Notes under the pieces: generated by a model
Told to the model about the DNA's origin: nothing
Databases searched by the model: none
The model's input: only the letters and a program-made list of their open reading frames with translations
Shown here: positions 29,701 to 34,166 of the stretch, in pieces
How positions within the stretch are numbered: position 1 is the stretch's first letter
Layout: each line of letters opens with the position of its first letter
NCBI GenBank assembly: GCA_008369845.1
Contig: MRSU01003398.1
Coordinates: forward strand, 1-34,166
Length of the DNA stretch: 34,166 nt
DNA from: Trichomonas gallinae
Taxonomy: Eukaryota
Direction: 5' to 3'
Program-made: the position numbers and the translations under genes

Positions 29701-32700
29701 CGTGGAGGTTCTGTATTTCGGACATAACAAGCTCCAAGTTCTTTCCAATTGCTGCAGCTTCTTTGATGACCATATCGTGACCAACATCGATTACTTCTTT
29801 GTCTTTAGACATAGCGAGCATCGGTCTTGGCGGGAATTCTATGACATCTCCAGCAGCTGTGACAAGGCTGAGAACTTCTGTCTTTGGTGGGTTGTAGTGA
29901 GAAACAGCCGGGAAGACTTCAGGAGCTTCTTCTGGTGTAATTATATTCATATTTAACGCGAAAACTTCCATTGGAGGGATGAACTTCAATATCTTGTGCT
30001 TTGGTGTTTCAATTATGTCAACTTGGCATGAAACAGCTGTCTTTCTTATAGGATCAACAGCATAGTTGAAATGCTGATATGTGTTGGAGAAAACTTTTGT
30101 GAAGTGCCCATCTTCATTCGCGACTTTCTCTGCATCAACCTCGATTTCTTTGGTTGAACCAACAGAAACTTGGACTGCATAAACAAGTTTCATCTTCTTC
30201 CTTATTTGAGGAGCAGGTCTTCTTTCTATATCGAACTCTTGGACTGATGACTGAAGAGGTCTCAGCAGTAAAGAGTTGAATGTAATGTTCTTGTTGCTAT
30301 CTAGTTCTGGTGTCTTGGCTTGTCTTTCTGGCTTAGGAAGAACTGGTGGAACACTTGCATCAACGCTTGATGATGTATTGAGTTTGCTCTGAGATTCATT
30401 GCGAGTTATATCAACACTTGCTGAAGATTCAGATATCTTCATCTTCATTAGTCTGTTGCTACTCTGCAGAGCAGCTTCTAATGCACTTTCTGGTGCCTTC
30501 TCAGGAGTTTGCTCTGTCTTTATCGTTGGTTTCTCGTCCATTTCGTTGACCTTCAAGCTGAGTGAAAGCTTTGATGCTGTAGACTTAATAATCTTCGGAG
30601 TGTTATATTCTTCATCTTCTTGACGTGCAATATCAAGGCTCTCACCATCTTGAGAGAGAGCCAGGATGCTGCTCTTTCTAGGTAAGTGATTGCCTGGAGA
30701 TGATTCTGTATTAATTTCAGTTTGCTCGCTGACTTTTGTTGATGGGATTTCTGGCTTTTCGATAATAATTGTTCCTTTATCTTCATTGATGGAAATCTTG
30801 AGTCCTTGCTTCCTCCTGTTATTAGCAACAACAACAAGATTTGATCTAGTCTTGCTCACTGCTGGCTTATTCTGTTGCTGCTCTGTTTGTTCTTTAGATG
30901 GCTCTACGTCTGTTTCGATGCTTGTTGTTGAAGTTGTGATGCTGGAACGCGTTGTAAGAGGCAAGCCGTCTCTTGCTGTTGATTGTTCGCTTCTTCCTTC
31001 TATTTCAGGAACTTCAACGAAAACGTAGCCTTCAGATCTATCCAAACAGATTCTGAGTTGCTGGAAATGATTATTATTCGTGATTGTTTCTGCGTCATGG
31101 TACATCGGTGGATCTGTGTTGCAGAACTGATTGATCAGTGAAGGAGGTAATGTTGATGGATCAATCTTCTTAGCTGGTGGAATCGAAACACAAATCTCTA
31201 AATTGCTGTTTAACTCTCTCTTGATTAAATCTCTGCTGTTGTCAACATATAAATGCTCCAATGATTTTCTAGATAATATCATTGGACGCCTTGCGTCAGG
31301 GGTATAAACATATCTCTGCTTTTCTTTAAGATCTTTGAGACGTTTCTCCAAGCTATCGATTTCTTTTTGTTTCTCTTCTGATTCAATAAGCAATTGTTCA
31401 AGCTGAGCCTTTGTTACATCATCGATTCCAGCACTTGACAAAGCCTTGTTCTGTTCGATTAATTGTTCTTTTTCTAACTCTAATGCGCGGATTCTTGCAT
31501 CGAGTTCTTCTGTCTGTGCTTGTAAATTATTTGTTTGGTCAGCTTGTTTCATACCATCAATGATTCCTTCGAGCTGAGAAATCTGATCCTTGTAGTCATT
31601 TTCGAGGCTATAAATCTTTCCTTCGTATTCCTCCTTCATTTCATTCATCTTCTTATCGAACTCTTCGTTTAATTCATTCTTCTGCTGAGCCATTCTGTTC
31701 TTCATCGCTGATTCGAAAGCCATTCTCTGCTTGAGGAATTCTGATTCAACTCTTCCTCTTATTTCTCCTGCAAGACCGTGGATGTCAACCTGAGGAAGCT
31801 CGTTTGTCTCTGGGATAATCAATTCAGCCTTGTCTACTTCCATCTGCTTGTAGATACTCAACTCTGCTTCTGTCTTCTCTCTTGCGAGCTTGTGCATATC
31901 TGCCTCGCTGTTGGAATTCTTAAGTTGCTCGCTTAACTGTTGAATGAGCTGATCTTTCTCTTCAATGTCTTTATCCATTTTGGCTTTGAATCTAACGAAC
32001 TCTTGTCTTTGTGCTTGTATTCTCTGGTTGAAATCTGATTCGAGCTGAATTGCTCTCTTTTCGTAGTCAGTTGTTATCTTTTCTATCTTAGCAGCTGTGT
32101 CAGTATCAACGTTTGCCATTTCAGCTTCTTGTAATTTACCCTGCAAGACTTCCAACTTTTCTGCGTATTCGTCCATCAATGAGTTGATTTCTGACTGATG
32201 GTCAGCTTTGAGCTTCTCGATTTCTAACTCGTGATCTTTCTTCATGTTTTCGCGGAGTTGCATTTCGTTGTTCTTGAAGTCTTCAAATTCAGCTCTGTGG
32301 TTCTTGTTTGCGTATTTAAGAGCCATCTTCTGCTTGAATGTGAGTTCTCTTTCTTCGAACTCGTTTCGTAATCTCTGGATTTCCATTTCGAGCGTTTGCT
32401 GATCTTCTTGTTTCTGTTTGTTCATTTTTTCTTGGAGGTCGGAAATTTCGCCTCTTAATGTCTGGATCATTTTTAGAGAAGCATTGTCTTTACCAGATTT
32501 GCCTGATTTATCATCTTTTGCGTTAATTAATTCTCTAAATTGCAAATCGAATTTCTTTCTGTCTGTTTTAATTTGTTCTTCAAGGCTGGTGATTCTAGAC
32601 TGCAAAAATTCCTTTTCATTTTGTGTAAGTCTTATTGTCGTTTTAATATTATTATTTTCTTCTTTCAAATCGGAAAGTTGCTTTTGCAGTTGCTCAATTA

Positions 32701-33616
32701 ATAGATCTTTCTCAGAGTTTTCGTAGTTTGCAGCTAAAGCCGCACTTGTATTGCTTCTACTAGAAGTTATTTTAATTGAATCAACAATCAATTGTTCAAT
32801 CCTATTTTGTTGTTCTTTATTTGCAGCTTCGAGTCGAGCAATTGTTTTCTTAGCTTCTTCGAGCTCTCTCTTTGTTGCTTCATCTAATTTACTGTCGATT
32901 CGTCTTTGCACCGAAACAACGCGCTTAGTATTTTCATCTTTAAGATCTTTGATTGTTTGTGCTTGTTCAACGATCTTTTGTTCGAGACGTCTGATTTGCA
33001 TAATTGATTTTGAAACAATATCAGAATGGATTGAAACAGCTTTCAGTGCAACCTCATTTTTTGCATTGGAATCCATTTTCTGCATCACCTCTTCATCAAT
33101 TATTGGAACTTCGATTGGTTGTGTAGCAGTTTGAAGTGTTTGCTCTTCGCGCTTCAGCCAATGAGAAATACCATCCATTAACGAGTTCTGTGTCTCTTTA
33201 AGTTCCTTGTTTTTCGATAGTAATTCATCTACAATTTTTTGAGATTGTTTAACAATATCTGTTGGCTGCAAACTATAACTTGCAAATTGCATATCAAACT
33301 CTGCTCGCATTTTTTGAGAATCATCTTCGAGTTTTTCTTCGTAATTCGTAACGATTTTTCCGATATGTTGAGTAACACGTTCGATTTGTGAAAAAGAGTT
33401 ATCAGGGTTGTAATCAGGAAGTAAATCCTCCGGTGGTTTTAATGGTCTCGAAACAGGAGATAAGCATCCTGAGGTTTTTGGATATTCAATTTTTGGTAGA
33501 GGTGGTAAGGCTGCATTTGCGAAGTGCATTTGGGCCTTAGACTTCTTGGTACTCTTAGGGGTGTTCTTGGGGATGTCACCTAATACTCCCTGGCGTCCCC
33601 CACCCTTATTCGACAT
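26738..33616 (-). CDS. Giant coiled-coil protein of unknown function (2292 aa), probably cytoskeletal
   Basis: Uninterrupted 6.9-kb ORF; E/K/Q/L-rich heptads over about aa 85-770 and 1470-2180; central Pro/Ser/Thr/Ile-rich region that is mostly not coiled coil; no catalytic motif recognised. Confidence 0.9.
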   Translation of the reverse strand: MSNKGGGRQGVLGDIPKNTPKSTKKSKAQMHFANAALPPLPKIEYPKTSGCLSPVSRPLKPPEDLLPDYNPDNSFSQIERVTQHIGKIVTNYEEKLEDDSQKMRAEFDMQFASYSLQPTDIVKQSQKIVDELLSKNKELKETQNSLMDGISHWLKREEQTLQTATQPIEVPIIDEEVMQKMDSNAKNEVALKAVSIHSDIVSKSIMQIRRLEQKIVEQAQTIKDLKDENTKRVVSVQRRIDSKLDEATKRELEEAKKTIARLEAANKEQQNRIEQLIVDSIKITSSRSNTSAALAANYENSEKDLLIEQLQKQLSDLKEENNNIKTTIRLTQNEKEFLQSRITSLEEQIKTDRKKFDLQFRELINAKDDKSGKSGKDNASLKMIQTLRGEISDLQEKMNKQKQEDQQTLEMEIQRLRNEFEERELTFKQKMALKYANKNHRAEFEDFKNNEMQLRENMKKDHELEIEKLKADHQSEINSLMDEYAEKLEVLQGKLQEAEMANVDTDTAAKIEKITTDYEKRAIQLESDFNQRIQAQRQEFVRFKAKMDKDIEEKDQLIQQLSEQLKNSNSEADMHKLAREKTEAELSIYKQMEVDKAELIIPETNELPQVDIHGLAGEIRGRVESEFLKQRMAFESAMKNRMAQQKNELNEEFDKKMNEMKEEYEGKIYSLENDYKDQISQLEGIIDGMKQADQTNNLQAQTEELDARIRALELEKEQLIEQNKALSSAGIDDVTKAQLEQLLIESEEKQKEIDSLEKRLKDLKEKQRYVYTPDARRPMILSRKSLEHLYVDNSRDLIKRELNSNLEICVSIPPAKKIDPSTLPPSLINQFCNTDPPMYHDAETITNNNHFQQLRICLDRSEGYVFVEVPEIEGRSEQSTARDGLPLTTRSSITTSTTSIETDVEPSKEQTEQQQNKPAVSKTRSNLVVVANNRRKQGLKISINEDKGTIIIEKPEIPSTKVSEQTEINTESSPGNHLPRKSSILALSQDGESLDIARQEDEEYNTPKIIKSTASKLSLSLKVNEMDEKPTIKTEQTPEKAPESALEAALQSSNRLMKMKISESSASVDITRNESQSKLNTSSSVDASVPPVLPKPERQAKTPELDSNKNITFNSLLLRPLQSSVQEFDIERRPAPQIRKKMKLVYAVQVSVGSTKEIEVDAEKVANEDGHFTKVFSNTYQHFNYAVDPIRKTAVSCQVDIIETPKHKILKFIPPMEVFALNMNIITPEEAPEVFPAVSHYNPPKTEVLSLVTAAGDVIEFPPRPMLAMSKDKEVIDVGHDMVIKEAAAIGKNLELVMSEIQNLHEEPDEEKKEQMMNKLGIQLDVEKDNLISQLKERVTELEQLHKQKITLTTMQTNDVEIEALKTPEEQERKADAEAVSIASSSRKLEMSTTLSIAESEPEKKSQTLEINPVIEISRNEVIPTLSEGIQWTYDKNLKPLNLGINQTESMFISAEAPKPNKRVVSLQRNPADEQALRKQAQEIDMLKKKIEELQNAKTPQQMSAVVSDINDTLQTVQEDGNNTDVIQLTGSNTKTRSNLTTSSDVLLILNDAKMMSQDAFDAYEQSKTNSLEAAKNLNDTIEDFSNKIGPTGATPTEQVKLVKKVKDIAAGIGKTPQAPAKNDIANLYTKALDEINRQNELINKLRREIVNLKQFSSASSAFVKVQQVEKELNSLLENRSGENTLFSNYQDAATYIRSMTDQIKNDGSVASAGATPEVEQLKKLMNGGQPQWFTIKDLIGKIRDKMSKDIQKSLNEELIHDLTEKLDELTKANDELRKERIQMDRDRLVEREKSRIEYQKLADLYKNAQEYNKLLQKIQPKSQADNNASEQEKEVTAQLQELQIKERQHLEELQRKIEQNSKLEQENLRLEGVIKQQEETFNKLFQQSADNQADKMMAGIRLEELIKEDEILRKKVLVLEGIRDDLNKQVADFTSKLGDSQEIINSLRAEIIKLQDQLVNQDVATQKKIIEEIKLEPKSEASRIVKLYQSKMDNMQQILENRGRELIKLGFRRAQDQKEILLMKAEINRLKRELKFQSMRYNTSKEDADFVRKSVATRDEVIREQKREIARLRSIIERFIAMKQIQALNSKEGESLINEIISSRGRIKYASIISKHRFERSHDKTTARFDTLLQRDMQRQMQVEQKRREFLERQEKQNMRILQDVALLARENELSLPETVVMQMMPKPKPSSKVNATQAKKEYIQISTKDIDAALKLDVPRPRPDLDERFQKEPSYADRLRAIGENQDKYPPEVIRSMLVAARHGKVVVPANTFNKDKVFPVITGKQLSTK

Positions 33617-33755
33617 AAATTTTAAAAATCAGATTTTTTTTTGAAGGAACTCATAGAAAACTTCTTAGATAAATACGTTACCGAAATTATTTTCGTATTT
33701 TAATTCAAGTAAATAAATCTATACTAAATAATTCGAAAAATTAAAAATAAAAAAC

Positions 33756-33761
33756 AAAAAA
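33756..33761 (-). terminator. RNA polymerase III oligo-T terminator of the tRNA gene
   Basis: T6 run on the minus strand starting 2 nt after the discriminator base, followed by a second T run. Confidence 0.7.
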
Positions 33762-33762
33762 G

Positions 33763-33836
33763 TGTTCCCGGCGGGGCTCGAACCCGCGACCATCTGCTTA
33801 TAAGACAAATGTGCTAACCGGCTGCACCACGGGAAC
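33763..33836 (-). tRNA. tRNA-Ile, anticodon TAT (UAU), intronless, CCA not encoded
   Basis: Cloverleaf GTTCCCG-TG-GTGC-AGCCGGTTA-GCAC-A-TTTGT-CTTATAA-GCAGA-TGGTC-GCGGG-TTCGAGC-CCCGC-CGGGAAC-A with a perfect 7-bp acceptor stem, D and T stems, A box and B box. Confidence 0.96.
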
Positions 33837-34166
33837 CTCACGTTGGATGAGTTGAAACATATAATGTAATGCTACTTACCAAATTTTTTATTTTAATTTT
33901 TTAATAAATGATCAGCATGTTCCATAAAGATGATACTTTTCAAGATAAATTTCATTTTTAGTTTTGAATATTAAAATAATTGTAAAGTTATATGTCAATT
34001 TTCGATGACAAAGCAGTTTTCTCAATTTAGCATATGACCATTTGAATGAATTTATCGTTTTTCAAATGACCTTAAGTAGAAATCTGAGAAGTGTTTCAAC
34101 TCGCTTTCTGGCTATGTGATAGGATTTGAGATCTCAAAGTTCTAAAGTATCATTTTTATGTCCATC

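Noticed and set aside
18914..33134. Many short antisense or alternate-frame ORFs inside the BspA, CAMSAP and giant coiled-coil genes
   Set aside because: Their S/F/L/C-rich composition is the expected mirror of E/K/Q-rich sense codons, and there is no independent evidence.
26738..33616. Viral A-type inclusion, SMC or myosin identity for the giant protein
   Set aside because: No Walker motifs, hinge or motor domain; such labels arise from generic coiled-coil similarity.
6348..33616. Operon-like functional cluster of cytoskeletal/signalling genes
   Set aside because: These are separately promoted eukaryotic genes from large families, so adjacency alone is not evidence; only the shared motif is reported.
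1..34166. Maverick/Polinton, mariner or other autonomous transposon; spliceosomal introns
   Set aside because: No integrase, transposase, polB, ATPase or capsid ORF and no long terminal repeats were seen; all genes read as complete single ORFs.

Overview
AT-rich, gene-dense eukaryotic DNA, most consistent with a trichomonad parabasalid (Trichomonas vaginalis-like). This assignment is inferred from intronless genes, TCA(T/C)(T/A) initiator motifs a few nt before ATGs, TAAA signals overlapping stop codons, a BspA-like TpLRR surface protein and a DUF3447-type ankyrin protein. The window holds 12 single-exon protein genes: three Ser/Thr kinases, an ankyrin protein, a paxillin-like 4xLIM protein, a GAF-domain protein with a degenerate phosphodiesterase-like C-terminus, an MFS transporter, a DEDDy 3'-5' exonuclease, a BspA-like LRR membrane protein, a small coiled-coil protein, a full-length CAMSAP/Patronin homolog and a 2292-aa coiled-coil protein. 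It also holds one intronless tRNA-Ile(UAU). I saw no transposase, viral or CRISPR signal. The main leads are (1) an apparent GAF-GAF pseudo-phosphodiesterase, (2) an 11-bp intergenic motif TTTACRYGWCA seen ten times, and (3) a structured GC-rich ~125-nt island with an H/ACA-snoRNA-like layout just upstream of the pseudo-PDE gene. All family calls are by eye from remembered motifs; no searches were run.
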